Assembly (NCBI RefSeq): GCF_048269865.1 | Contig: NZ_JBLWUA010000009.1 | Span: 44,683 to 108,682 of the forward strand | From: Parasphingorhabdus sp. | GTDB taxonomy: Bacteria > Pseudomonadota > Alphaproteobacteria > Sphingomonadales > Sphingomonadaceae | Length of the DNA: 64,000 nt | Direction of reading: 5' to 3' | Part shown: positions 36,263 to 45,726 of the stretch, piece by piece | Layout of the letters: the number at the start of each line of letters is the position of its first letter | Numbering within the stretch: position 1 is the first letter of the stretch | Made by a program: the position numbers and the translations under genes | Notes under the pieces: model-generated | The model's input: only the letters and a program-made list of their open reading frames with translations | Told to the model about the DNA's origin: nothing | The model's database searches: none

Positions 36263-36796
36263 ATGACCAACGCCGATCAAATCAAGAAATACCGCCGTGC
36301 CGGACTGGTCATTGCCTTTCTGATTTTTGCGCTTGATCAGCTCAGCAAATTTCTAGTGATGGAGCCGCTGCAGCTGCCCACCAGACAGCAGATCGAACTG
36401 ATGCCATTTTTCAACCTGACCTGGGCGGAAAATTACGGGGTTTCGATGGGCTTTCTCACCGCTTCCACCGACTTTCAGCGCTGGGCGCTGGTCACGCTGA
36501 CCGGCTTGATCGGTGTGGCTGTCTTTGTCTGGATGCGCCGGGAAAAGGCCAAATGGGACATTGTCGCGCTGAGCATGATTCTGGGCGGCGCGATGGGCAA
36601 TATCGTGGATCGGGCGCGACTCGGCTATGTCGCAGACTTTGCCGATCTGCATTTCGGCGATTTTCGGCCTTTCCTGATTTTCAATCTGGCTGACGCCTGT
36701 ATCAGCATTGGTGTCGTAATCCTGCTTGCGCGGGCGCTGCTTATTCGCGAAAAGACGGATCAGACAAAAGACGATGTTCAGCTTGACGAAAGTTGA
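36263..36796 (+). CDS. lspA: Lipoprotein signal peptidase II
   Basis: Start at MTNADQIKKY.... Four TM helices and the motifs NYGVSMGF and GGAMGNIVDR...DF. Conserved position after ileS. Confidence 0.9.
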   Translation: MTNADQIKKYRRAGLVIAFLIFALDQLSKFLVMEPLQLPTRQQIELMPFFNLTWAENYGVSMGFLTASTDFQRWALVTLTGLIGVAVFVWMRREKAKWDIVALSMILGGAMGNIVDRARLGYVADFADLHFGDFRPFLIFNLADACISIGVVILLARALLIREKTDQTKDDVQLDES

Positions 36797-36851
36797 CCTG
36801 TGTCAGGAGCGCGCTATCAGGCTCCGTAAGAGATTTTTGAGGGATATCATC

Positions 36852-37259
36852 ATGCGTAAATCCACCGTCGCCATCAGCCTTCTTTCGCTGGCCAGCCTGA
36901 CGGCATGTGGTTCGAGCGGTCTGTTTGACCGGGATCGGCCCGACGAATTTGCGGTTTCGCGCCAGCCCCCGCTGGTCATCCCGCCCGATTTCACGCTGAC
37001 CCCGCCACAGCCCGGTCAGCCTCGGCCGCAAACCGGTGGCCTGCAACAGCAGACCCTGGAGGCCATGTTCGGCGGTCCCCAATCACGCAGCATCACCGAA
37101 TCGGCAATCGTCGATCAGGCTGGTAGCTCTGACGCTGGAATTCGTTCGTCGGTCGGTGATCCGGAGACGTTCACGGTCGACAAGGGCAGCGTAACCCGCG
37201 ACATCATCGCCGCTCCCGAAGGCGATGGCCAGAACGCACAGGCCGCTACGCCGCAGTGA
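36852..37259 (+). CDS. DUF3035-like lipoprotein
   Basis: Start at MRKSTVAISLLSLASLTAC (lipobox LTAC), followed by DEFAVSRQPPLVIPPDFTLTPP. Confidence 0.65.
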   Translation: MRKSTVAISLLSLASLTACGSSGLFDRDRPDEFAVSRQPPLVIPPDFTLTPPQPGQPRPQTGGLQQQTLEAMFGGPQSRSITESAIVDQAGSSDAGIRSSVGDPETFTVDKGSVTRDIIAAPEGDGQNAQAATPQ

Positions 37260-37317
37260 TATTGGTGCTCCGCCGTTGAGGTGGAGCTTGGCGATATTTC
37301 CCGTTTTATGGCGCAGG

Positions 37318-37338
37318 GCTCCGCATCGAGTGCGGAGC
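37318..37338. terminator. Hairpin between convergent genes
   Basis: GCTCCGCA-tcgag-TGCGGAGC lies between the DUF3035 gene end (37259) and the DUF167 gene end (37354). Confidence 0.45.
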
Positions 37339-37353
37339 ACCGGGGCACTCTCT

Positions 37354-37644
37354 TCAACCCGGGATAGCGATGACCTTGATTCTGCTGGTCCCGCCGCGGA
37401 TGACTGCCAGCGATGTTTTGGGCAGGCCGAGTGCTTTGGAGAGCAGCTTTAGCACCGCCGCATTGGCCTTTCCGTTCTCTGGAGTAGCAGTGACGCGGAT
37501 CAGCAACAGGCCGTCCGGTCCGTTTTCTGCCGGAAGGCTGATGCTGTTTTCTCCTGCGTTGGGCGTGACTTTCACGGTCAGCTCGCCATTTTGGACGAGC
37601 GCCAGCAATTGGTCACGGGGAGGGAACAGGGATTTTTTTGCCAT
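37354..37644 (-). CDS. DUF167 (YggU-like) protein
   Basis: 96 aa with ...VKVTPNAGENS...IRVTATPENGKANAAVLKLLSKALGLPKTSLAVIRGGTSRIKVI. Confidence 0.75.
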   Translation of the reverse strand: MAKKSLFPPRDQLLALVQNGELTVKVTPNAGENSISLPAENGPDGLLLIRVTATPENGKANAAVLKLLSKALGLPKTSLAVIRGGTSRIKVIAIPG

Positions 37645-37658
37645 TGCCTTTTATCGAT

Positions 37659-37822
37659 CCCTTCTCCCGTGAGGGAGAAGGATAGGGAGCCTTATTCGCG
37701 AAACGGATTAGGCGGACTTGGATGAGGGCGTTCTTCCATCTGAAGCGCAGTGCACCCTCACCCAGCTGCGACTAGGCAGCAAGCTGCCAAGTCTGCGCGT
37801 CCCTCTCCCTTGAGGGAGAGAC
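37659..37822. repeat. Hairpin-bounded repeat element of about 160 nt
   Basis: CTTCTCCC-gtga-GGGAGAAG (37661-37680) and CTCTCCC-ttga-GGGAGAG (37803-37820) bracket a non-coding stretch between the DUF167 gene and purH. Confidence 0.6.
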
Positions 37823-37823
37823 C

Positions 37824-39416
37824 TTAGTGCCTAAAGTGCCGCATGCCGGTAAACAGCATCGCCAGGCCGGCTTCGTCGGCGGCGGCGATGACTTCGTCGT
37901 CGCGGATCGAGCCGCCGGGCTGGATCACTGCGGTGGCACCCGCCTCGACCGCAGCCATCAGGCCGTCGGCAAAAGGGAAGAAGGCGTCCGAGGCGACGGA
38001 CGACCCGATGGTGCGGGACTCGTCCCAGCCGGCTTTTTCCGCTGCATCCTTGGCTTTCCACGCAGCAATCCGCGCGGATTCGAGGCGGTTCATCTGGCCA
38101 GCGCCGACGCCTGCCGTTGCTCCGTCCTTGGCGTAGACAATTGCATTGGATTTGACATGTTTGGCGACCGTCCAGGCGAATAGGCAGTCGGCCAGTTCCT
38201 GTTCGCTCGGCTGGCGCTCGGTCACGCATTTGAGGTCATCGCGCGAGATATGCCCATTGTCGCGGGTCTGCAGCAGATAGCCGCCCGCGATATTCTTGAC
38301 ATTCATGCCGGTGCGGGCCGGATCGGGCAGTTCGCCGGTCAGCAGCAGCCGGAGATTTTTCTTCTTGGCAAAGATCGCCTTGGCGTCGTCATCAGCATCG
38401 GGCGCGCAGACAACTTCGGTAAAGATTCCGGTCATTGCTTCCGCCGCAGCGCCGTCAAGCGGGCGGTTGACGGCGATGATACCGCCGAAGGCAGAGACGC
38501 TATCGCAAGCAAGCGCTGCTTTATAGGCGTCAACGATATTGTCCGCGCTGGCGACACCACAGGGATTGGCATGTTTGACGATCACCACGGTCGGCGGGCC
38601 GTCGCGGAATTCGCTGACCAGCTCGAGCGCGGCATCGGCGTCGTTATAATTATTGTAGCTGAGTGCCTTGCCCTGCAATTGTTCGGCCTGTGCGATGCCG
38701 CTCGCAGACGGACCGTCGGGCAGATAGAGCGCCGCGCTCTGGTGCGGATTTTCTCCGTAGCGTAGCTCGACCGGGCGGCTCATGGTCAGTGGCAGCGTAT
38801 CAGGGAACATCTTGCCCTGGTCGACAAAGCCGAACCACTGGGCGATCATGCTGTCATAGCGGGCGGTCGCGGCAAAGGCCTTGGCGGCCATATTCTTGCG
38901 GAAGGCGAGCGAAGTGCCGCCGTCATTATCCTGGAGCTCGGTGAGCAGAGTATCGTAATCCGAAGGGTCGGTAACGATGGTTACGAAATCATGGTTCTTC
39001 GCTGCGCTGCGCACCATCGAAGGGCCGCCGATATCGATATTCTCGATAATCTCGTCGCGCTCGGCGCCCTTGGCGACGGTCTGGGCGAAGGGGTAGAGAT
39101 TGACGATCACCAGATCGATCCCGGCGATATCATGCTCTTCCATCGAGGCAACATGGCCGGCGTCATCGCGCCGGGCGAGCAAGCCGCCGTGGACTTTCGG
39201 ATGGAGCGTCTTCACCCGGCCATCCATCATTTCGGGGAAATTGGTCACGTCGCTGATATCGGCCACTTCCAGTCCCGCATCGCGCAGCGCCTTGGCGGTT
39301 CCACCCGTCGAAATCAGCGAAACACCCAAGGCCGCCAGTTTGCTGCCGAGTTCGGCCAGTCCGCTCTTGTCAGAAACCGACAGAAGCGCGCGTTTGATCT
39401 TAATATTTTCGGTCAT
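37824..39416 (-). CDS. purH: Bifunctional AICAR transformylase / IMP cyclohydrolase
   Basis: 530 aa. [11 protein letters not shown]..., STGGTAK..., [10 protein letters not shown]..., C-terminal ...[10 protein letters not shown]. Confidence 0.95.
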   Translation of the reverse strand: MTENIKIKRALLSVSDKSGLAELGSKLAALGVSLISTGGTAKALRDAGLEVADISDVTNFPEMMDGRVKTLHPKVHGGLLARRDDAGHVASMEEHDIAGIDLVIVNLYPFAQTVAKGAERDEIIENIDIGGPSMVRSAAKNHDFVTIVTDPSDYDTLLTELQDNDGGTSLAFRKNMAAKAFAATARYDSMIAQWFGFVDQGKMFPDTLPLTMSRPVELRYGENPHQSAALYLPDGPSASGIAQAEQLQGKALSYNNYNDADAALELVSEFRDGPPTVVIVKHANPCGVASADNIVDAYKAALACDSVSAFGGIIAVNRPLDGAAAEAMTGIFTEVVCAPDADDDAKAIFAKKKNLRLLLTGELPDPARTGMNVKNIAGGYLLQTRDNGHISRDDLKCVTERQPSEQELADCLFAWTVAKHVKSNAIVYAKDGATAGVGAGQMNRLESARIAAWKAKDAAEKAGWDESRTIGSSVASDAFFPFADGLMAAVEAGATAVIQPGGSIRDDEVIAAADEAGLAMLFTGMRHFRH

Positions 39417-39418
39417 TG

Positions 39419-41206
39419 CTATCCCATATGTTTGAGCAGCCAGCCGGTGGCACCACCGCCCCTGCCCACTGCTCCGGAAATCACCATCTGCATCACGTCA
39501 TGGCCAATGCCCATGCCGTCAACCCAGACGCTTTCTTCCAGTTGAATTTCACCGCTGGTCGAGCGGAATTGCCATAAATTACCGTCTTTCAGGCGCAATA
39601 GCACGCCCTTGCCCTCTGAAATCAAGTCACTTTCGATATCCGGTCCCAGATGGAAGCGCAGCGCATATTGAATATCGGCCTTGCGGCGCCGGCGTTTCTT
39701 GCCATCGGGGATCAGCATATCTTCGCCGCGCAGCTCCAGCCCGTCGGAGCGCAGCAGCAGCAGCCGCTTGTGCACCAGCCCGAAGCGCTTTGCATAACCA
39801 TCGTGGCTGGCCTCCAGCCGGGTCGCGTTCTCGACGTCGCGCCGGAACAGTTCGACTTCGCTGACACCGCGCCCGAGCTTGCCGTCGGGCAATATCGATG
39901 TGCTGTTGCTGTCCTCTATGCAGAGCGTGCTGTGGGCTGCGGTGGTGCGCAGGCCCCGCGCGAGTGCTGCCGGGATCGTAGCACCGACCAGCCCCGCGCC
40001 GCCGCAATTGCTGATGATCCGGCAATCGCCATGGGAAAGTTCAAAGGCCAGGGTCGAGGCACAACCGGCAACCGCCATCCGCGCGATCGGCGGGGGCGCT
40101 GCGTCCAGAACCAGCACCGACCGGCCGGATGTCACTCGCTGATAGCCCCATTCCCTTGCCTGCCGCAAAGGTCTGGCACGGACACCACTGGCCTCGACGA
40201 CTTGCGCAATCTGTTCTGCCGACGTCGCGCCGCTGCCCTGCCAATTGCCCATCGTGCCGTCGAAATGGGTGAGCGCCGTCAGCGGCGGCACGGCCTGGTT
40301 GAGCGCCTCTTCCAGAAACGGCGGGGCATCGAATTTGCGTGCCAGATAGACTTGTTTCAGCATCGACAGCAGCACGACCGAGTCCATCTGCGTAATCGGC
40401 GACCGGGAGACGGCCCCGCCATCGGCAAAGAAAAATTCGCCCATCGCCTTTTCGAGACCGGCTTCGCCGACAATCTGGCGCACCCGGCCCTCGGGCAACA
40501 GCAAGGATGCGGCCACCACGCCGCTCCACGCCACCAGACGGCCCAGACTGGATTCGGCCTTGTCGGCAGTCCGGTCGAGATGGCGCGCGGTGCGGGCAAT
40601 ATTGTTGAGCAGCTTGGAGCGGTAGATCAGATCTCTGGACGACAGGATGAGCGGCGCGTGGCTGGCCCAGATCAGCAATCGCCAGCCGCAATTGTCGGGC
40701 CGCCAGGCCGGCTGACGGATCACGCCGCCATTGGCATCCAGCCACTGGTTCATCAGCTGTTCCGCTACCGGTACGGCCTGATCGCGCGACGCCGCGGTAT
40801 CTAGATCGCGCAGCCACTGGAAGCGATGCACATAATCCTCAAACTGCGGTGGTAGCTTGAGATTGGCGAAATCGATATTCTCGTGCTTTTTCTTGAGTCC
40901 GCGAAACAGGAAATGGCCGGCGCGCACGGCCATGCCCTGAACCCGGTCCCCTTCGACCGGATCAACCGGGACCGCCAGCAGCCGCAAGGGCAATTTCCCG
41001 GACAGGCGGAGCCGGTGCATCGGCATCCGCCAGGTCATCCGATAATAGAGCATCGCCACCTGCTCGGCGAGCGACTGGCCATGATCCCGATCGTGGCGGA
41101 GGGTCAGGCTCCGTCCTTCACCCGCGCTGTCATGTTCGTCGTGGGTGGATTGTTCATCCGGATCGCCGTCACCGAGATCCAGCCGGTCAGAACCGTCGGT
41201 CGTCAT
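39419..41206 (-). CDS. Heparinase II/III-family protein
   Basis: 595 aa, sandwiched between rpe (4-nt overlap) and purH (2-nt gap). The family call rests on overall recognition, so the function is uncertain. Confidence 0.55.
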   Translation of the reverse strand: MTTDGSDRLDLGDGDPDEQSTHDEHDSAGEGRSLTLRHDRDHGQSLAEQVAMLYYRMTWRMPMHRLRLSGKLPLRLLAVPVDPVEGDRVQGMAVRAGHFLFRGLKKKHENIDFANLKLPPQFEDYVHRFQWLRDLDTAASRDQAVPVAEQLMNQWLDANGGVIRQPAWRPDNCGWRLLIWASHAPLILSSRDLIYRSKLLNNIARTARHLDRTADKAESSLGRLVAWSGVVAASLLLPEGRVRQIVGEAGLEKAMGEFFFADGGAVSRSPITQMDSVVLLSMLKQVYLARKFDAPPFLEEALNQAVPPLTALTHFDGTMGNWQGSGATSAEQIAQVVEASGVRARPLRQAREWGYQRVTSGRSVLVLDAAPPPIARMAVAGCASTLAFELSHGDCRIISNCGGAGLVGATIPAALARGLRTTAAHSTLCIEDSNSTSILPDGKLGRGVSEVELFRRDVENATRLEASHDGYAKRFGLVHKRLLLLRSDGLELRGEDMLIPDGKKRRRRKADIQYALRFHLGPDIESDLISEGKGVLLRLKDGNLWQFRSTSGEIQLEESVWVDGMGIGHDVMQMVISGAVGRGGGATGWLLKHMG

Positions 41207-41865
41207 TCACCCCTCAAACCGCTGATATTGGAAGCATAATGATCCGGACCACCCCTAAAGGTTGCGGTTCCGGCAACCAGCGTATCGGCACCGGCCGCGA
41301 TCGCCTTGGGCGCCGTGTTGAGATCGATGCCGCCGTCCACTTCCAGACGGATATCCTTGCCGGTGGCGGTGATCCGGCTGCGGATTGCTTCGATCTTGCG
41401 CAGCTGGCTGTCGATGAAACTCTGTCCGCCAAAGCCGGGGTTGACGCTCATCAGCAAAATCAGGTCGAGGTCCTCGATCAGATAGTCGAGAATGTCGAGC
41501 GGAGTCGCCGGGTTGAGCACCAGACCGGCCTGCTTGCCCAGCCCCTGGATCGTCTGAACCGTGCGGTGCGGATGCGGGCCGGCTTCCGGGTGAAAAGAGA
41601 TGATGTCTGCGCCGGCGTCGGCAAACGCCTCAAGATATTGGTCGACGGGAGATATCATCAGATGGACGTCAAAAGGCTTGGCACTGTGCGGGCGCAACGC
41701 TTTTACGACCGCAGGACCGATGGTGATATTGGGTACAAAATGGCCATCCATCACATCGACATGGATCCAGTCACAGCCAGCGCGGTCAATGGCCTGCACC
41801 TCTTCTCCCAGCCGAGCGAAATCGGCAGAAAGAATGGACGGGGCGATACGAATGCTGTCGGACAT
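41203..41865 (-). CDS. rpe: Ribulose-phosphate 3-epimerase
   Basis: IAPSILSADFARLGEE..., HVDVMDGHFVPN..., VNPGFGGQ... motifs. Confidence 0.95.
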   Translation of the reverse strand: MSDSIRIAPSILSADFARLGEEVQAIDRAGCDWIHVDVMDGHFVPNITIGPAVVKALRPHSAKPFDVHLMISPVDQYLEAFADAGADIISFHPEAGPHPHRTVQTIQGLGKQAGLVLNPATPLDILDYLIEDLDLILLMSVNPGFGGQSFIDSQLRKIEAIRSRITATGKDIRLEVDGGIDLNTAPKAIAAGADTLVAGTATFRGGPDHYASNISGLRGE

Positions 41866-41985
41866 GGCGCTTCCTTAAACTGTTTCCGGCCCTAGAATTT
41901 TTGGTCGGAGCAAGCAAGGCGCTAATCCGGTGCTGCCACAGTCCCTTGTGGACAATTTGGGGACAGGTTCACAATATGTAGAGGA

Positions 41986-43263
41986 TCAGTCTTTGCAGAC
42001 CAGACGGGCGATGAAGAAACCGTCGACATGGCCCTGCTCTGCCAGTGTTGTTGGCAGCGTGCGAACACAACCATTTTGGGTTGGCACTATATGCTCTGGC
42101 AGCTCTGCGACGGTCACCGGATCAATGGCAAACTGATCATGGCGTTCGAGAAAAGCTTCGATCTGCTCCTCGCCTTCTTCGGGTTCCAGCGAGCAGACGG
42201 CATACACCAGCGCCCCCCCGACTTTCACCCAGGGAGCGATGCGGTCGAGCAAGGCAAGCTGTCCTTCCGCCCGGTCGGCGATCTGCCGGGCACCGATACA
42301 ATGTAGCACGTCTGGGTGACGGCGGAAAATACCGGTGGCGCTGCACGGGGCATCGAGCAGGACCGCATCGGTAGGTTCAGCTGGCTGCCACTGCATGAGA
42401 TCGGCGATCACTTCTTCGGCTTGCAACTTTGTCCGCCCGAGATTGTCCTGAAACCGCTCCATCCGCTTCGCACTGCTGTCGACCGAGATCACCTTCCAGC
42501 CGGCGCTGGCCAGTTGCATCGTCTTGCCACCAGGAGCGGCGCACAGATCCAATATCGTCCGGCCCTTGCCTGCCCCGAGCAGCCGCGCAGCAATCGAGGC
42601 GGCGAGGTCCTGGACCCAGAACTGGCCTTCGTCGAAGCCGGGAAGCCCGGTAACGGGAAGATTTGGAGGCATGCGAAGCTGTTTCGGAGCGAGCTTCTCG
42701 CCCTCCAGCGCACCAATATCGTCCGTCTGAAAGCTGAGATCCAAGGGCGCGGGCTTGGCCCAGGCACGGTTCGCGGCGTGGGCCACGTCCTCGCCCCAAT
42801 TGTGGGTCCAGCGGTCAAGCGTTTCGCCCGGAATTTCCGGATATTCGGGCAGTTTCAGTTCACCCGATTCAACGCCGCGCATGACAGTGGAAAAGACGCC
42901 GTGGACGAGGCGGCGCGGGCCGCCATGAACGAGCGGCAAAGCGGTCGAAATCGCGGCATGTTGCGGCGTATCCAGAATCAGCACCTGCGCCAGCGCGATC
43001 CGCAGAGCCATCCGCGGCTTGGCATCGTCGGCCAGCCGGTTGCGGGTGGCGCTGTCGATCATCGCGTCGAGTGCGCTCATCCAGCGCAGAACATTGGCAG
43101 CGATATTGTGGGCCAGCGCCTTGTCAGAAGGGTTGGACAATTTGCCGGTCGCGGCAGGCATCGCCTGATCCAGCGTCTCACCGCGCCGGCAGACAGCATC
43201 GAGCAGACGGAGAGCGGACTGGCGCGTGGCGAGGCCGGGGATGGCTTTATTGGGCTGGTTCAT
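41986..43263 (-). CDS. rsmB: RsmB/Sun-family 16S rRNA (cytosine-C5) methyltransferase
   Basis: NusB-like N-terminus plus a SAM methyltransferase core (DLCAAPGGKT..., LLDAPCSATG..., GALVYAVCSL...). Confidence 0.8.
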   Translation of the reverse strand: MNQPNKAIPGLATRQSALRLLDAVCRRGETLDQAMPAATGKLSNPSDKALAHNIAANVLRWMSALDAMIDSATRNRLADDAKPRMALRIALAQVLILDTPQHAAISTALPLVHGGPRRLVHGVFSTVMRGVESGELKLPEYPEIPGETLDRWTHNWGEDVAHAANRAWAKPAPLDLSFQTDDIGALEGEKLAPKQLRMPPNLPVTGLPGFDEGQFWVQDLAASIAARLLGAGKGRTILDLCAAPGGKTMQLASAGWKVISVDSSAKRMERFQDNLGRTKLQAEEVIADLMQWQPAEPTDAVLLDAPCSATGIFRRHPDVLHCIGARQIADRAEGQLALLDRIAPWVKVGGALVYAVCSLEPEEGEEQIEAFLERHDQFAIDPVTVAELPEHIVPTQNGCVRTLPTTLAEQGHVDGFFIARLVCKD

Positions 43264-43294
43264 GGTTCAATTCCGCACTGGCTTGCCCCGGATC

Positions 43295-43375
43295 GCCGGG
43301 ACATGCGCAAACCGGATGGATTGCGCTGCCGCACCGCATAGACCTTCCCGCGTTTCGATCAAGCTTTTGGATGGG
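43295..43375 (+). repeat. 81-nt direct repeat, copy A
   Basis: GCCGGGACATGCGCAAACCGGAT...TTTCGATCAAGCTTTTGGATGGG. My hand alignment with copy B gives about 65/81 identity. Confidence 0.7.
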
Positions 43376-43477
43376 CGGAATGTGGCCGATGCAGAAGCAG
43401 CAGGCCAGCTTATCGGACGATTGCCGTCGTTCGCACGCTCGTTTTGTTACACGAAGGCAAACTTTCCCAACGTCATA

Positions 43478-43906
43478 CTACACCGCGCCATGGAGTATCG
43501 AGAAATATCCCGGCAGGACTTCACCCAGCTTGCTCTCACCCGACCGAGTTAGAGAAACTTCCCTCGATCTTGCGTCGTCCTCGCCGGCGGCAATTGCTAT
43601 CAGCCCGGACTCCTCCAAGGTCCGGAGTGTCCGCGTGACAACCGGTCGCGAGACGTCGAGCCTTTCCGCAATCTCGCTCGCGGACAAGGCTGTACGGTCC
43701 GGTTCGCGATCAATGAGGATCAGGATCAGAAAGCGCAATTGCGAGAGGTCATGTGTTGCAAAATAGGCTTCCAGCTTGCGGATCAGGAGGCTGCCGGTTC
43801 GCATAAGAGACAGCGCGCCAAGTACCCTGGCCGGGTCGACGCTGTCGAAGCGGTCCGCATATCCTTCGACCATTCGCCTGCTCGGCAAGCCTTTTAGAAA
43901 AAACAT
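43478..43906 (-). CDS. MarR-family transcriptional regulator
   Basis: The start at MFFLKG... avoids overlap with the upstream ABM gene. wHTH region ...SASEIAERLDVSRPVVTRTLRTLEESGLI.... Confidence 0.75.
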   Translation of the reverse strand: MFFLKGLPSRRMVEGYADRFDSVDPARVLGALSLMRTGSLLIRKLEAYFATHDLSQLRFLILILIDREPDRTALSASEIAERLDVSRPVVTRTLRTLEESGLIAIAAGEDDARSREVSLTRSGESKLGEVLPGYFSILHGAV

Positions 43907-43910
43907 AGCG

Positions 43911-44204
43911 CTAGCTAACCGGACGCAAGCGGATGATATCTGGCTCTTCCACCAGCCAGTCCTTGTAGGCTTCGAAAACCGCCTTGGTGTATGGCTGTTG
44001 ATGATGCGCTTCCAGAGCAGCTTCATCGCGCCACTCCTCATAAAGATGCAAGCTTCCGTCCTTAGCGTTTTCGCTCAACCGGAATGTGATGCAGCCCGGC
44101 TCGGCGCGGGTGCGATCGATGATCGCACAGATTGCATTGCGCGCCTCATCAAGATTCTCGGTGTGCGGCTTAATTTTTGCGATGACATTCAGTCGATCCG
44201 TCAT
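43911..44204 (-). CDS. ABM-domain (antibiotic-biosynthesis-monooxygenase-like / quinol monooxygenase) protein
   Basis: 97 aa starting at MTDRLNVIAKIKP..., with AAGGAG 7 nt upstream. ...LHLYEEWRDEAALEAHHQQPYTKAV.... Confidence 0.7.
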   Translation of the reverse strand: MTDRLNVIAKIKPHTENLDEARNAICAIIDRTRAEPGCITFRLSENAKDGSLHLYEEWRDEAALEAHHQQPYTKAVFEAYKDWLVEEPDIIRLRPVS

Positions 44205-44357
44205 GAGCACTCCTTTAGTTATCATGATAACTATATACAGACATTGCTTGTTTTTCAAGGGTCGTGCGGATCGTTGTCCGACCATATATCTGTGTCTGGC
44301 GAATCACGATGATCAAGGCACGAGGTTATAGGGTGATAGGCTGGACCAGCCACCGAA

Positions 44358-44438
44358 GCCGGGACATGCGCAGACCGGATAGTGTGCATTTTCTCATCGC
44401 ACGGATTTTCCTGCTTTTCGATCAAGCTTTTGGATGGG
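44358..44438 (+). repeat. 81-nt direct repeat, copy B
   Basis: GCCGGGACATGCGCAGACCGGAT...TTTCGATCAAGCTTTTGGATGGG. Same orientation as copy A, 1063 nt downstream. Confidence 0.7.
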
Positions 44439-44461
44439 GGCGCAGCGGGAAAATAAGACGA

Positions 44462-44497
44462 TTGACAATAAGTCGATATATATCGATATAACTGGTC
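44462..44497 (+). promoter_or_regulatory. Candidate padR promoter (consensus TTGACA) with an embedded palindrome TCGATATATATCGA
   Basis: TTGACA (44462-44467), a 17-nt spacer, GATATA (or TATAAC with a 19-nt spacer), then 5-7 nt to the ATG. No Shine-Dalgarno sequence. A 14-nt perfect palindrome sits at 44473-44486. Confidence 0.35.
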
Positions 44498-44806
44498 ATG
44501 CGAAAAACAAGAGCACCATCAAAGGCGACGAAACAGGCGCTGATAGCCTTGTTCAACGCGCCTGACAGCCTCCATGGCTATGAGATCATGCAACTTACCG
44601 GAATAAAGCCTGGCACCCTCTATCCCATGCTCGCGCGGCTGGAAGATCAGGGGATGCTGGCTTCGCACTGGCAAGAGACAACGGTGGGAGGGCGCCCTCC
44701 CCGCCATCTTTATGGATTGACGGACGCCGGACGTGCCTTGGCAAAGAGTCTGCTGAGCGACGGTCGTCAGACCGCCCCCTCCGATCTGCGGGCGAAGCCG
44801 ATATGA
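44498..44806 (+). CDS. PadR-family transcriptional regulator
   Basis: ...LHGYEIMQLTGIKPGTLYPMLARLEDQGMLASHW...RHLYGLTDAGR.... Confidence 0.85.
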   Translation: MRKTRAPSKATKQALIALFNAPDSLHGYEIMQLTGIKPGTLYPMLARLEDQGMLASHWQETTVGGRPPRHLYGLTDAGRALAKSLLSDGRQTAPSDLRAKPI

Positions 44807-45702
44807 TGCGGAATGCGCTGCAATGGGCGATCCTCAGGATTGTGCCCGATCATCGGAAAAATTGGGCGCAAGCGATGGTTGCGGAAATGGCAGCGATCGA
44901 ACGGGACAGGGAAGCCGTTGTTTTCGCGCTCAGTTGCCTGATGGCCTGTTGCCGCTTTCGCTTCGAGACAGTTATTTCAACCGGAAACAGAGGAAGCAGC
45001 ATGGTGAGAGACAGGTTTACAGTATTGGCATTCGCTTCGGGTCTGACGGCAGGGTTGATCGGTCTCGCCTATCTTCTTGTGTCCGGAGCGCCGCTGACCA
45101 TGGCGATCGTCAATGGCGGGGCGCTGATCGTCGGCATCCTGCTCGCTCCCTCGCTGAGGCTGTCCGCCCGGGCCACCGATCCGGTGGTATCTGCGACTGC
45201 ATTGATCGGCGCTTTCATTCTGCTGGGCACTGCCATTTTCGGGTACGCCATCGACGAAGCGAAGCGCTGGCTGTTGATCGGGCCGTTTTTCATTCAGACC
45301 AGTCTCATTCTTTTGCCGATGATCGCGGTATGCTTCGCCAGAGTTCAAAATCCGCGCACGACACTGGCGGTGGGCGTCGCGGCCTTTGCCATGGCGGCTC
45401 AGCCCGACCGGGCGATGGCGGCGATGCTGTTTGCGGCGATCGCCATCGTCGCCCTGATGCGGACGAACCGGCTGACTATTGCTGCGTCTATATTCTGCAC
45501 AATGACATTCGCTGCCACATTGGTGCTGCCCGACCGGCTGCCAGCGGTGCCCTTTGTCGACCTGATATTATGGTCTGCCTTTGATGTCAGCCTTTGGGTC
45601 GGTTTGGCGCTCTGGGCCGGATGTCTGCTGCTGGTCTGCCCGATCCTGATGGTTCCGAAGGACGAGCGCACCGTTGCGAATTATGTATTTGCTTCCAGCT
45701 GA
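44803..45702 (+). CDS. Polytopic membrane protein ending at an in-frame TGA, translationally coupled to padR
   Basis: ATGA overlap with padR. About 8 TM helices. Faint SEDS-like (FtsW/RodA) blocks: AKRWLLIGPFFIQTS and AAQPDRAMA. Confidence 0.55.
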   Translation: MMRNALQWAILRIVPDHRKNWAQAMVAEMAAIERDREAVVFALSCLMACCRFRFETVISTGNRGSSMVRDRFTVLAFASGLTAGLIGLAYLLVSGAPLTMAIVNGGALIVGILLAPSLRLSARATDPVVSATALIGAFILLGTAIFGYAIDEAKRWLLIGPFFIQTSLILLPMIAVCFARVQNPRTTLAVGVAAFAMAAQPDRAMAAMLFAAIAIVALMRTNRLTIAASIFCTMTFAATLVLPDRLPAVPFVDLILWSAFDVSLWVGLALWAGCLLLVCPILMVPKDERTVANYVFASS

Positions 45703-45726
45703 CTGACGCTGATCTCGGCTGCCGCC

